64,000 bases of DNA from the human T2T-CHM13v2.0 reference genome, Homo sapiens. Location: the NCBI RefSeq assembly GCF_009914755.1, contig NC_060933.1; one strand, written 5' to 3'. The translations under genes were made by a program, and so were the position numbers. Under the pieces are notes generated by a model. The model did not search any database. It saw nothing but the letters and a program-made list of their open reading frames with translations, and was not told the origin of the DNA. This document shows positions 50,055 to 64,000 of this stretch, one piece after another. The stretch's first letter is position 1. Each line of letters starts with the position of its first letter.

Positions 50055-50190
50055 TGAGCAGACACTGTTTAATGTCATTTTGCTTCCCCTGACAATTCTG
50101 TCTCCTCAAAATTAGAAAGAAGAGGTTTTATGTTTGTCAACTGATGAAGCTAGAGAAGTTGGACATTTAATATTGAACCACCAGAGTATT

Positions 50191-50513
50191 TTGTGGGGGC
50201 TTTTGTTGCTGTTCTTTGTTTTTGTTTTAGAGGCAGAGTCTCACTCTGTCACCCCAGGGTGGAGTGCAGTGGTGCAATCTCGGCTCACTGCAGCCTCAAC
50301 TTCCTGTGCTCAAGCGATCCTCCCGTCTCAGCTACCTGAGTAGCTGGGACTATAGGCATGTACCACCATGCCCAGCTATTTTTTTGTATTTTTTGTAGAG
50401 ACAGGGTTTTGCCATGTTGCCCAGGCTGATCTCAAACTCCTAGGCTCAAGCAATCTACCCACTTCATCCTCCCAAAATGCTGGAATTACAGGCATTAGCC
50501 ACCACACCCAGCC
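50191..50513 (-). mobile_element. AluJ
   Basis: Antisense dimer, TSD ACCAC(C/T)AGAGTATT. Confidence 0.85.
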
Positions 50514-51571
50514 ACCACTAGAGTATTAAATAATTCCACATATTACCCAGGAGTTAGTTCATGAACAGAAGTCTAGCTATCAACCATTGTCTTTTCCCTC
50601 AAAGCCTTGGGAGATCATCTTGCACTCAACCAGCCTTCGTGTAAGAAGTAATTCTTTAAAAAATGATTTGAAGGATTTCACTGTACATGAGAACACAAAG
50701 TGCTTTCCCTATTGCACCCCATGCAAAAGTGAGTTTCAAAATATTTATAACTGGCACTGCATGGGCACTAACCCATCTGAATGAAAGCTACCATCCGTGA
50801 GCATACCAGTGACACCATTTCAGTGTCTGTCCTCTCCCTGAAAATGCCAAAAAGTCCACCTTTCTTAGGATGCATCTGTCTCGCTTACCTCATATTTAAT
50901 TTGTTCAACATTATTTAATCCAAAGTGTAGATACTGACAGTGATGTAAAGGGTTCAGTAAAAATGGCAAGGCAGGTCACTTAATACTGCAGAAACCTCAG
51001 CTTCATCATCTGTTAAAAAGGATAATAAAAGCTACCCCCAGGGATAGGAGAAGTACATTAAATGAAATGATGCATGTAAAATACTTTCCCTCATGCAAGA
51101 TACAACGATAGCTCCACAAATAGAGCTATTATGATCACTTCCAGTACTAATACTATCGCCTCTATTGCTGATACCTGGGAAACAGATGACCGTGGCTAGA
51201 AAGAGCCATATTTGGCAGTGAGGGTCAAGCTCAAGTGAGATCTGCAGATAGGACAATCAGCAGGATATATATGCACTAGGAACACGGCATGAGGTGCGCA
51301 CCCATCTAACCACATGTTCTTGCCAAGTTTGCAAACTACCCTATGGTAGTTTGGATGGGTAGAATTTAAGGTGCACACAGGTACTAAAAACTAGAGCCAA
51401 TATTGTTCACCCAGGACTTGAAACAACTCTTAGCTTCAATTCCCATCCTGTGCTCCACCAAGTGTGCATGCCAAGCTGAGGGTGCCCACACTGGAGTGTT
51501 CCTTCCCCACCAACCTAGCATGAGAAAGCACTTGATGACGGAATCACGCCTCTGTTGTGCTTCCTTTCCAG

Positions 51572-51679
51572 TTATATGCCACTAGGTATTTTGTTCCTGA
51601 TTGCTGGGAAGATCATAGAAGTTGAAGACTGGGAAATATTCCGCAAGCTGGGCCTTTACATGGCCACAGTCCTGACTGG
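51572..51679 (+). CDS. SLC1A1: SLC1A1 exon 8 (108 nt, phase 2-2)
   Basis: cctttccag|TTATATG...ACTGG|gtatgt; encodes [35 protein letters not shown]. Confidence 0.97.
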
Positions 51680-53645
51680 GTATGTCAGACTCAAGAGAAG
51701 AGACAGAAACCTCCTTTGATCTAATAGGATGGCCGCTGAGAGGTTGGGTTTCAGTTGGTTAAAACTGGCTTCTGCCCTATGTGCTGGGAAAGATAGGGTT
51801 CAGAGATAAGACAGCAGGGGGAGGAGGGCTGCCCTTTAACAGCTGTACTGTAGGTGGATCATGCTGTGCTAATTGTCAGCTCTTGGCAGAACAGCCTGGA
51901 CCAGGCTTTGTCACTGCCTTTATTGGTTATGTTAAAATAATTTTTTACAACAAGAGAGAAACCCACTCGTAGCCTCCCTTGGCTCTCTCCTGGCCTTCAT
52001 TTCCTTAAGAATGTAAACTAGCCAAGCAAGCAAGAATAGCCTCCATGTACCCTGAACCTGAAAGAAATTAGCAAGGGCCTAAATGAAATCAGACTTGAGC
52101 AAGTAGGAGCAGGATGGCTGTTGGTTCAAACACTGTTGCTGGGGCTGTTAACCACCACCATGTCCTGCAGCATCAGAGTGTCAGAGAGGGTGCCAGGAGA
52201 ATCTTGAGGCTGGGAGGAATTGTGTGGGCCTTTTTGGAAGCCATTAAACAGGAAGGCAGCAGGGGTTGGGTAGTTTCCATATTTATTACAGCCTAGCTAC
52301 TGTTTCCTTGAGAAAAGATGAGGTGGGATAAGTTATGAATGGTGCCCCTGGACACCTAGACAGGGGCAGAATATGTCACATACCCTAAGAAATACAGACT
52401 AAGGGAATAAATAAATATCATTGATTTGACTCTCACAAGTCAATACCTACAAACACCCAACTTGAGCAATGAACTCACCTATTGGAACTTGATCGTATTG
52501 GAGATTTCCAACACAGCGCATTTGGTTCTTAATCTGTGTTTGCCAAAAACACAGCCCTGCCAGCCAACACAGAGGCAGATTTGGTCCCTACAGTGTGAGG
52601 CCCCTGGCGCTAAGGGAGGTGGGACCTCCAATTCACTGGAGGCCACCCTGCTGTAGGGCTGCTGAAACAGGCAGTGCCAGGGATCGTGTCTCAGCAGTGA
52701 CGTGGCTGGGGTGTATGAGCTGAGCCATTTCATAACCGAGTTCTGCTGGTTTCTATTCTCTTACCCCAGCTAGGTGTCTAACAGGAAACTAAAAGTCAGT
52801 TCCTCATGGTTTTTAGCTACAAGCTCTCTATCAAGAAGATCCTCTCGCCAGAACTCCAGGATCTATATTTTTGATGGCCATTTCCTATTTCAAACACACA
52901 TAACTGATCTGTAAACTCTAAGCTGCCAGTTACATATATATCTATCTGTGAAATGAGTCTCATTTCTTAAGCCTCCTAGTTCATGTAACCTGTGTATTTC
53001 CATGTGAAACAATGAACAGTTTGAGAAGGCAGGAATAACAAAGAAAGAAATAATCCTAAAGTATGGCTGTGGAAGAGCTGAGACTTTTTTCCTTACTGTA
53101 ACTCTGACTTCCCTCTTAGACAGTGGGCGCCACCAGCAAGACAGCAGCTTGGTGCAGGGAATGGAGTGGGTGAGGACTGAGCGCTGTGATAAGGGGTATA
53201 ATGAGGTATAAGGTAGTGGTGACATACAGGGTGCCAAGGAAGGAAGGCTCAGCCCTACCTGAGGAAGTGAGGGAAGGCTTCCTGGAGGAAGGGGGATGCC
53301 TATCTGAGTCTTAAGAGGAGAAGAACTGAGCAGCAACAGAAGGAAAAAAGGGCACTTTTGTGCATGTGGCAGGAATAGCACACACAGGGGTGTGGCAGCA
53401 TGATATAATTCTGTTCTGTGAAGCCTTGAATTTGGATTCAGCTACTGGCTTTGTCATTAACTCTGACAAGATGCTTCATGTGCTGAGAGAGCCTCTAAAC
53501 CCTCATACATGGAATGGGACGTATATTCCTGCCCTACTCCCATTTCTTATTGGGCCATTATGAAAGTCAAACAATTTTATAAATTAAAAAGATGTTTGAT
53601 AAAAGGATTAAGTGTGGGGAGGTGGTATTATCTTTGAAACTTTAA

Positions 53646-53789
<144 letters not shown>

Positions 53790-54233
53790 TAAACAGAAGA
53801 GGGGTTTCTGGAAGAAGCCTCCAGGCTCAACGTTATCAACTCTCACCTCACTTTACAAAACAGACTCCAGCTTGCGGTTTTTGTAGCTGTCTTTGAGAAA
53901 TGACCTCCGTATTCTCGGCCCCTGGCCCTGAACACATTGCTTCATGCTGTTGCATATTTCCTGCTCTCTTGGCATGACCTGCAGCTCAGGAAGGGGTTAT
54001 GGAATAACTGGGAGCAGTGGTGGGCACAGCACCTTCTGATTCCTGGACCTGCCTAAAGGGCTAGCATGATTTGGATCCTTTGTTTCATTTTGTTTTGTTA
54101 TTTTCTTTACTTTTCGCGACAAGATTACCTAAAAGGACCCTTTGTTTACTTTTTGGAAGACAGGCATGTCTTCAGGCAGGGACTAAGGTCCAGCATTTCT
54201 AGACATAAGTTCCTTTCTATTTTTATCACACAG

Positions 54234-54428
54234 TTCAGCAACACTGCCTGTCACCTTCCGCTGTGCTGAAGAAAATAACCAGGTGGACAAGAGGATCACT
54301 CGATTCGTGTTACCCGTTGGTGCAACAATCAACATGGATGGGACTGCGCTCTATGAAGCAGTGGCAGCGGTGTTTATTGCACAGTTGAATGACCTGGACT
54401 TGGGCATTGGGCAGATCATCACCATCAG
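54234..54428 (+). CDS. SLC1A1: SLC1A1 exon 10 (195 nt, phase 2-2)
   Basis: tcacacag|TTCAG...ATCAG|gtgggg; encodes [64 protein letters not shown] (NMDGT motif). Confidence 0.98.
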
Positions 54429-55047
54429 GTGGGGCATGGTGTCACATTCATTGTCATCACTGATACAGGGATTACCGCCAGTAAAAATTGTCCATGAAGG
54501 GACACCAAGAATGTCGCAGTGATGAATTCTTTTTCTTGATCTATAAAGTCCCTTCCCAAGATTAAATACGACTATATCCTGGTATGCAAGATTTCTGCTT
54601 CGGGGTCTGGGTAGCCAAAGCCATCACTCTGTGCTCAGTTTACTGAAGCCAGTAGGATCTAGGCACAGGCTAGCACAAAGACTCAAGGCTGAGTAAGGGC
54701 CAGTCCCTGCTTTCAAACTATCCCTGCTAGATGGGCATGCACATATCCAAATGAATGCTGAAGACCATGATGAGGGATGTAAGAGAACTCTGTATGGTGT
54801 TCACAGAGGACTCCAGAGAGGGAAGGGCTGGTTCTAGCTGGGAAGGTGAACGATGGCTTCCCAGAGGAGGGGAACATTTAGCTGAATCTTAGAAGAATAG
54901 GAATTTAGCAGGCAAAAGAAAAGCTAGGAGCATTTGGAGTGGCAGAAATAGCTTGTGATGCAGCCATGGGCTAGTTACAGCATACAGATTTCTTGCTATG
55001 GCTGGCATAAAGGATACATAAACATTCCTTTATGTTTAAACGAATGA

Positions 55048-55458
<411 letters not shown>

Positions 55459-57602
55459 TAAGCAGCAATATGGAAGATATATTGGATGGGAGCAGGGACC
55501 AAATCTAGGAAACCAGTTAGGAGACCACTGCAGAAGTCCAGGCAGGGTATTAGAAGGCACTGACACTGAGGTTGGAGAAGAGCTAATGAATTGAAGAAGC
55601 ATCAGCTGGATTCAGGGTGAAAGGCGAGGGAATGCCAGGATGACTCCCAGGATTGGCAGATGATTCTAAATTGGTGGGTGGGGCTTACCAGAACAGGAAC
55701 GAGTGTAAGAGAAGCACATATAGGTGGGAAAGATAAATAGTAAATACTTTTTGACAGATTGAATTTGAAATGCCTTTAAGACTTCCAGTTGCACATATGC
55801 AATGAGAAATATAGGTCTGGCTGCAGATACAGACATCAGGAACATGGGCTTAATAATGGTCTTCAAATGTGTAAGTCACAAGTTATTGCTTGTATTGGAA
55901 TCGCGGCTACATCATGATTAGCTGTGATCTTGGGCAAGTGACTTGAATTTTTAAACTTCTGTTTTCTCATCTGTAAAATGAATAATAGTACCTACAACTT
56001 ATTCAAGTAGTGGCAATTAAGTAATATGCATATAAAATGTTTATAACTGTGCCTATGTAGTGAGTACTCAGTGAATGTTGAAAATGGATGACATGACGTA
56101 GGGAGAGTTTGCAGAGAAGAGAAGGAGATTAAGGACTGAGGCTTGGAAAAATCCTAATACTAGAAGCAGGTAGAGAAGGGAAAACCCAAGAGGGAGAGGG
56201 AGAAGGACAGAGAGATGGGAGGGAAGCCAGTAAACCTTGGTATCATGGAAACCCAGAAAAGAGAGATTTTCAAGGGTGAAATGGTCCACAGAGTCAGAAG
56301 CTGCAGAGAATTCTAGTGAAATGAGGATAGACATTGTCTGCCCAAGTAGATGGTAGAACTGTCATTAGTGGATTTTGCCAGATTTGTTTCTCTAGGACAG
56401 CACTATTCAATATGGTAACCACTAGCCATGTGGCCCACTGAATTGGATAGCACAGACACAGAATAGTTTCATCATTGCAGAAAGTTCTTTTGGACAGCAC
56501 TATGTTAGAGTGATAGGCTGGGATTAGAGTTAACCTGAAGACTTTTGTTCAGTTTAGAATGGAAGTTTAAGACTAAACTGGTCCCTAGGCCTGCTCAAGG
56601 TTGAATCTGAACTTTTTAGAGTTAATTCATTCTTGTGTCCCAGCCTAAACATAAATTCTAGGGATAAAATCAGAGTTTGTTAACTAACAATGTTCTAATA
56701 CAATGCATTTTTTAAATCCTCCCCAACCCTAAATCGCAAAGTATTTCTGTTGGCTGAAGACAAGTGCAAAATACACCATTTGGCACACCAGCTGGGGAAC
56801 TATCCCAATGCTGTGTAATCTATAAAAAGTGTTAGCGGCTAAAGAAGCCTGTGCCAAAGAGATTGAGCAAAGTCCTGTAATTATAACAGCAGAGGGTATG
56901 TCAAAATTGAAACCTTGAATCATGCCTGAAAAAGTTTCTGCTCCACAACCACCCCTGTGCTTCCAACAGTTGTTACTTTTACATTTCCAAGGGTTTTTTC
57001 CCACTTCCCTCACCCTGGGCTGTGGAACCCAGTCTTCACTGAACTGATTTCCAAGGAGTGGTTTATGAAGTGCCTATTCTTTTGTGTATTTGACACTTTG
57101 TGATGAAATCCCTCCCTCTTTTTTGGTTGTAAGTTTTCTAGATCTTTCTAATCATTTTTTTAATCTCACTGCCAGAGGAATGAACTCTGGGCCTAGAAGC
57201 TAAATAGTCAATTCTCATTAAAGCCTCTCCGGCTACCTCTGGTATATTCTTAAATCAGATTTGCTGAAAACTACTGGCCCAGAGCCAATAACAACTGTGA
57301 GGCCCAAAGTAATCATTGGCTTAAAATTAAAAATCCTCACTGGCTCTACATGGAAAATAATAAAAGTTGGTTTTGCTTGACAGTTACCATTATAGTTCAT
57401 GTGACTAATGGTTAAAGAGATTTTTAGACCCAAAGTATATTTCTGTGGACTGGACATCAAAGAAACATAGGTACCATCTACCCAAAACATACCCTTTTGT
57501 GGCTTTATCATAATACTCAAAGGTTACAACGGATTGAAAATTGTGTGAGAATATGTGTCAAAATGGAAAAAAAAAGGATAAATTGTCTTATAAAAATAAT
57601 TA

Positions 57603-58540
<938 letters not shown>

Positions 58541-58555
58541 AAATGGCACGTTTTT

Positions 58556-58645
58556 AATCTTTTTGTTTGTTTTTTGTTTTATTTTACTTTAAGCTCTGGG
58601 ATACGTGTGCAGAACATGCAGGTTTGTTACATAGGTATACGTGTG
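58556..58645 (-). mobile_element. About 90-bp L1PA 3' tip
   Basis: T-rich tail plus TACTTTAAGCTCTGGGATACGTGTGCAGAACATGCAGG; TSD GAAATGGCA(C/T)GTTTTT (58540-58555 and 58646-58661). Confidence 0.8.
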
Positions 58646-60628
58646 GAAATGGCATGTTTTTAAGCATCTACTATACAAGTGCTATCCCAGATGCCTTACG
58701 TGTATTAACCTCATTTAATCTTCCCAGCAGCTTGCAGTAGACATACTGTCCCCATCTTACAGGCAAGGAATTGAGATTCAGAGAAGTAACTTGCCTGAAG
58801 AAATGCCATCAGTAAAATGGTAGAGCCCAAAGTACATCACCCAGGTGTGTCTGACACTAAAACCTGTGTTCCCTCCAAGTCACAAGCCATCCTTCAACCT
58901 GTTTAGAGAGCCAAGTCCAATGGCCGGTCCTAAAACTAGGACCTCAGTGTGAGGAAAGAACTTTGTACCACTGATATTTATGTTTTCTTCTGTGGAAATC
59001 CTCTAACTCAAAGTAGAATATGTTCAAGCAGCAGGAATAGGTTTTTATATTATTTTCTCCCATCTGAAGGTTCATAGTTCTGAGTTTCAGACCAATGCCA
59101 GTCAAACAGCAGTAGTCTGGTAAGCAAGGTCAAGGCTCAAGGACAGAGTTTTCTTTGACTAAATGAATTTTGAGTTTCAAGCCCAGCCTCAGGCTATAGA
59201 GACATGGATTACTGTGACACGTCAGGGTTTCCAAGAGGGATCAGCTGGCATGGACACAAATCACTTCTGACAAAGAAAACCTGTTGATGCATTCCATTTA
59301 AATTTTTTTCAACCAGCATTAAAATAAACTTGGGCTTTCCAAAGAGTACTTAGGTCAGAAGAGATCCAAAGGGTTATAGAGGCCAGAAACCTTTGAGACT
59401 GAGGCCTGAAACCTTTAGAGTAATTGGTACAGCCCCAGAAATCTCTAATTTACTATAATTTGGTGGTCAAAACCACTGAATGAAAATACACTTGTCAAAA
59501 AACTCTGGCCTGTGTTTGACTGTACCCTCAAATGCTTTCTGCAACACCTCAGTAGGCAGATGAATGGGCAGTAGAATCAGCTTCCTAAGAACTCTGGCTT
59601 TTTTTAGCCCCAAAGAATATGAATGTGTGGATAGAATCAGGGATTCTTCCAGTTTAAATTGCCAATTTTTACATTTTCACCTTTCAACACAGTGGAACCC
59701 GGGCAACAGTTCAGGCCTTGGCCCAAGGGCAAGGACTTGTCTCCAGAAAGCACTGTAGGTGTGGCCTCCAGCTTATCCAAGTCAAGGGATTTTTCAGGGC
59801 ATGTTGAACCCTTGTTTCCTTCAGAATGATCCAATTAAAATAAGGAAGATGTTGCTGATAAAGAGACTGCACATTACAAAGAAAAAAATCCCTACTGCCT
59901 CAGCTGATCTTACCAAGAGGGATCTTTTTAAATACCTGGTAATAAAGTTCACCTGGCTGCCCCTCCTGGATTCCAGATCTTTCTTTCCCACAAAGTGCAT
60001 CTACTGGCAAAAAGGAGCAGTCAGGAGTAAATGCTTGTACCTTGGACAGGATCAGCTATTTCTCAATTCAGTGCCCTGAAGAGCAGTTCCCAGAGGTAAA
60101 GAGTCCTGTGATGTCAAGAGAGTGCATAAAGCCTGCTTAACCATTGTCTCATTCCTTTGCCTTCACCTGAAATGCCCTTGCCCATCTGCCCCTACAACTA
60201 TCCTTCTGTCCATCCTTCAGGGCAACTTAAATTCCTGCCATATATTAGGTGCTCAGTAAATTATTGGGTGGTGAGTAGATGGAACAAGGGAGTAGGAAGG
60301 CAGGTGCAGAGGTACCTGGCACTTATTTAGGATGAGTGTATGTATACATAGATGAGTACACGAAGCCTCCTATTAACACCCCATTTAGTAAACTCCTGCT
60401 TTCCTCTTGAGTATCTCTCTTACTTATTTTTTGGTGCCACTTATGCAGTTCTTCCTTGCATTAGAGTGATGTGCCATATCTCCGTCTGCAAGGAGATGGC
60501 ATCATACCCCTCATAGTCCCCCTCCCCCCACAGCTCTAATCCTGTAATGAGGCAGAGCTGGGGCTCAGCAAGTCACAGATTCTAACTACCCAATTTAGGG
60601 ACACAGCAGTAATAGCCATCGGGACTAA

Positions 60629-60844
<216 letters not shown>

Positions 60845-61521
60845 TGAGTTGGAATAAATGCACTGCCTTAGCTGGATGTGCAGGCGGGCTTCCCAGCCTC
60901 GCAGGCGCTGCAGTCTGTCATCATTCTCTCCTCAGATTGCCTAATGAGCCACCTGTTGCTGCTTTAATTTTCCTCTGACCAGGCCATCTGATAACATGCC
61001 TAAAAATTAACTCCTCATAACGTGGAGCAGTGATTTTAAAAAGCCGGTGAGCTCCATTAGCTCATTATACCTGGTAACACTCAAGCTTAGGAGCTGGGTG
61101 TGGGACAGAGATAAACACAGAACAAGGTGAGAAGCCAGGCAGGGCCCCAGAGCCATCCTGACCTATCCCAGCCCTGGTTCAGCATCATAGGCTCAGAACC
61201 ACCTAGTTCAAAATCAGTCCGTCTTCCTAAGCATCTTCCGAACCATCAGGGACAGAGGCACAAGCACTTGGGTTTGAATCTCCGTCCTGTGTCTTACCAG
61301 CTTCTTGACCTCGAGCAAGTTTCCTTAACCTGAGGCCCAGTTGCATAATCTGTGAGATGGGAAAAAATCTGCCTATGTCATTGGGTTGTTTTAAGGACTG
61401 AGTGAGCTCATGTGAGTGGAGCATCTAGAACAGCGTCTGGCAGCCCATACATGCTCAATAAATGGCAAGTTTTATTGTTATGATTAGAATGAGTTGGACC
61501 ATTCAGGCCCCAATCAACAAC

Positions 61522-61524
<3 letters not shown>

Positions 61525-61583
<59 letters not shown>
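61525..61583 (+). repeat. Compound (CT)n(CA)n microsatellite
   Basis: Direct inspection. Confidence 0.93.
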
Positions 61584-61586
<3 letters not shown>

Positions 61587-62962
61587 GGAATACAGCAGAA
61601 CATCTGGGTGAGAAAGTACCTTCAGTGACCCTCAAGGTTAAAGTTAGAACCAGCCTGGCTCCAAGCTTTACCCTTGATGCCCACTTCTGTGCATGGATCT
61701 TACAGCATTTAGGTCTGGCTCTGTCCCCTGGCATTGCAGGTAAGTATTGCTCCACATGGAGCCTTTGCTCAGAACCAGCTCAGGCTCACTGGGGAGTCCA
61801 GTGCTATGTACTGTAGTTTGCAGGTGACAGATGAGATGGAAAGGGAAGCAGAGACATCCTATTGGGCTTGAAAACACAGATTCACATTTCAAATGGCAAA
61901 AGCCCCTGCACCTGGCTTGGAAGCTGTGCCATGAGGTGGCCCCTCAGTAGCTAACTGGGCTATAGGCCCAAATGAGGTGGCACCCTTCTTGCAAAGATAT
62001 CCTATCATTGAGTCAAGATTTGGTTCTTTCTAGTGATGCTGGTGGATTTGCATTTTTCTCCTTTCCCTGAGTCTTCCTGGAACCAGTTACCTTCCCTGCC
62101 AAGATACCCAGATGAGTCAAAGGTCCAATTGGAGGTATGGGATAAAAAGACACTAGGGCCAGTTCAATCCCTGGACTTGTTCTAAATAACAGAAGGGCAT
62201 CCAGGGTGGTCATGTGTAAGCATTGTCAGCCTTTTCTGTTCTGCAGGTGTAGTTTTCACAAGATTCCCCCTGCATGCAGTTCCTGTCAACAAAGTGCCAG
62301 TATCAAAATGGATCCTCTCCTCTGCAGTGTGCCTTCTCTACCTGTCTTCCTGCCACCAGTCTCTTCCCCAGGCTCTCTGGAAATTAAGACTGGATGAGGG
62401 TGGCCCACAGAGAAATCCATTCCTGGGCTGACCTGTGTTTTCTGACCCCGTGCTCTGCACCATGCCTCCTGGTTTGCTCATAAGTAGAGTGACCTAGATT
62501 GGTAAATAAACAAGTACACCATGGACCTGAACAAACACATACATACCCCACATGCACATGGTACATACTCCACCCACAAAACACCCAAGTTCTCTGACCT
62601 TTGCCCAAAGAGAGCCCACAATGGCATTTGCATTGAATCTAGAAAATCCCAAGATAGAGGTTAGGGCTGAAAAACTTACTGAATTCTGAACCTCCCTCAG
62701 TCCCCCAAAAAATATCTGGAACGACTCTATTCATGTTTCTTTGGGAGAAGAGGAAGGAATTTAGGGAGACTTAGGGGAGTCATTGCTACTTTGGGGGAGC
62801 TCATGCTGTGCCTTTATGAACAACCCCAGGCCTGTGAGGAGCCTTCAGTCAGTCAGCCATGAGGACAGCACTTTCTGCACTTACTGAAATCTAAACTGAA
62901 CATGTCAGGTCCTTGCATCTCTCCAGTGATGAAGGAAAATGAAATCTGGGCCTCCTGTCTGA

Positions 62963-63229
<267 letters not shown>

Positions 63230-63705
63230 GGCCCCTGGCTGCAGATGACTGGAAACAAGGAAGGACATTTCCGTGAGAGTCATCTCAAACACTGCTTAAG
63301 GAAAAGAGAAACACTAATGGCCAAGTGTACATTTGATTTGATATACAGACCTCCAGATTATTTTCTATATTTGGATTCACAGCCTTTGCGCTCTGGGTTT
63401 TGGGATTTGGGTGTGGGGTAAGTTGAAGGGAAATCAATTTAAAGGAAAGTTCTATTATCTGGGTTTTAGAAATTCTATAAGAGACAAAGTTTGGAAGTAC
63501 ATAAAGTAATAACTGTTAGAATTAGGTAATGGATATGAAAGAGAAAATGCTTTCTCATGCATAGACAAGTGTTTTGGGTTTTTAAAAAAAATATTCTGTC
63601 ATTGGTTACAAATTTTTACTCAGGCTTTCTATTGGCATGGATTTCCTTTGACCTCTCACTTTTTTATAAATTATAATGCATCTAAACCACCTGTCCCCAG
63701 TTAAT

Positions 63706-63713
63706 GTGCCAAA
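63706..63713 (+). promoter_or_regulatory. miR-96-5p 8mer seed match
   Basis: GTGCCAAA is the complement of miR-96 nt 2-8 (UUGGCAC) plus A1. EAAC1 is a reported miR-96-5p target. Confidence 0.75.
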
Positions 63714-63834
63714 ATGTCAATTTTTAACTTATCTCCAGCCAATTTCAAAGAAAACAGACCAGCATAGTTCTGCAATAACAGTTTTAAGATGGGCATAGGG
63801 TTTGGAAGAAAGGGAGAAGGATTCTTTTTTCAAT

Positions 63835-63842
63835 GTACTGTA
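63835..63842 (+). promoter_or_regulatory. miR-101-3p 8mer seed match
   Basis: GTACTGTA is the complement of ACAGUAC plus A1. Confidence 0.65.
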
Positions 63843-63884
63843 TTGGGACGCTGGTAACTGTTAACCCAGTGTTCAGCATAGAGC

Positions 63885-63909
63885 TATATATATATATATA
63901 TGTATATAT
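63885..63909 (+). repeat. (TA)n tract in the 3' UTR, including a TGTATATA Pumilio-type motif (63901-63908)
   Basis: Direct inspection; matches UGUANAUA. Confidence 0.7.
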
Positions 63910-63964
63910 TTATTATTTTCATATAATTTGCCAGACAGAGATCAGAATTGAACCGTCAATGTGA

Positions 63965-63970
63965 AATAAA
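63965..63970 (+). terminator. Candidate proximal polyadenylation signal
   Basis: AATAAA about 735 nt after the stop codon, with upstream TGTA elements (63834-63842, 63901). The downstream element is mostly outside the window. Confidence 0.55.
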
Positions 63971-63982
63971 GAGTTCTCCTTG

Positions 63983-63990
63983 TACTTGAA
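63983..63990 (+). promoter_or_regulatory. miR-26a/b-5p 8mer seed match
   Basis: TACTTGAA is the complement of UCAAGUA plus A1. Confidence 0.65.
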
Positions 63991-64000
63991 TAATAACCAC

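Larger units (their letters stand above)
63230..64000 (+). other. SLC1A1: SLC1A1 3' UTR (probably continues past the window)
   Basis: AU-rich sequence after the stop codon, with miRNA seed matches, a (TA)n tract and an AATAAA. Confidence 0.9.

Noticed and set aside
53120-53140. CTCF-like GACAGTGGGCGCCA
   Set aside because: The 5' half of the motif mismatches; too weak to call.
59200-59330. Possible CR1/L3 RT-like remnant
   Set aside because: The resemblance is too faint to support without an HMM search.

Overview
This is human (primate) genomic DNA. It covers the 3' part of intron 1 through the start of the 3' UTR of SLC1A1 (EAAT3/EAAC1, neuronal/epithelial glutamate-aspartate-cysteine transporter) on the + strand. 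Eleven coding exons (2-12, 1484 nt in total) have canonical AG/GT boundaries and splice into one continuous frame ending at TAG 63227-63229. Exon 1 lies upstream of the window. The introns are dense in repeats: a full-length but inactive sense-strand L1PA4-like element, a human-specific AluYb8, a twin-primed (5'-inverted) L1PA2, MaLR and ERV1 solo LTRs with intact target-site duplications, DNA-transposon fossils, many Alus and microsatellites. Almost all short ORFs in the track are repeat-derived or chance. I find no evidence of a new self-contained biological system. The best leads are regulatory. One is a consensus U1 site beside the exon 11 branch point, which could define a 135-nt mutually exclusive poison exon. 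The other is a proximal poly(A) signal positioned to remove a miR-26 site while keeping the miR-96 and miR-101 sites. Repeat subfamily calls come from remembered diagnostic positions and need RepeatMasker/Dfam confirmation.
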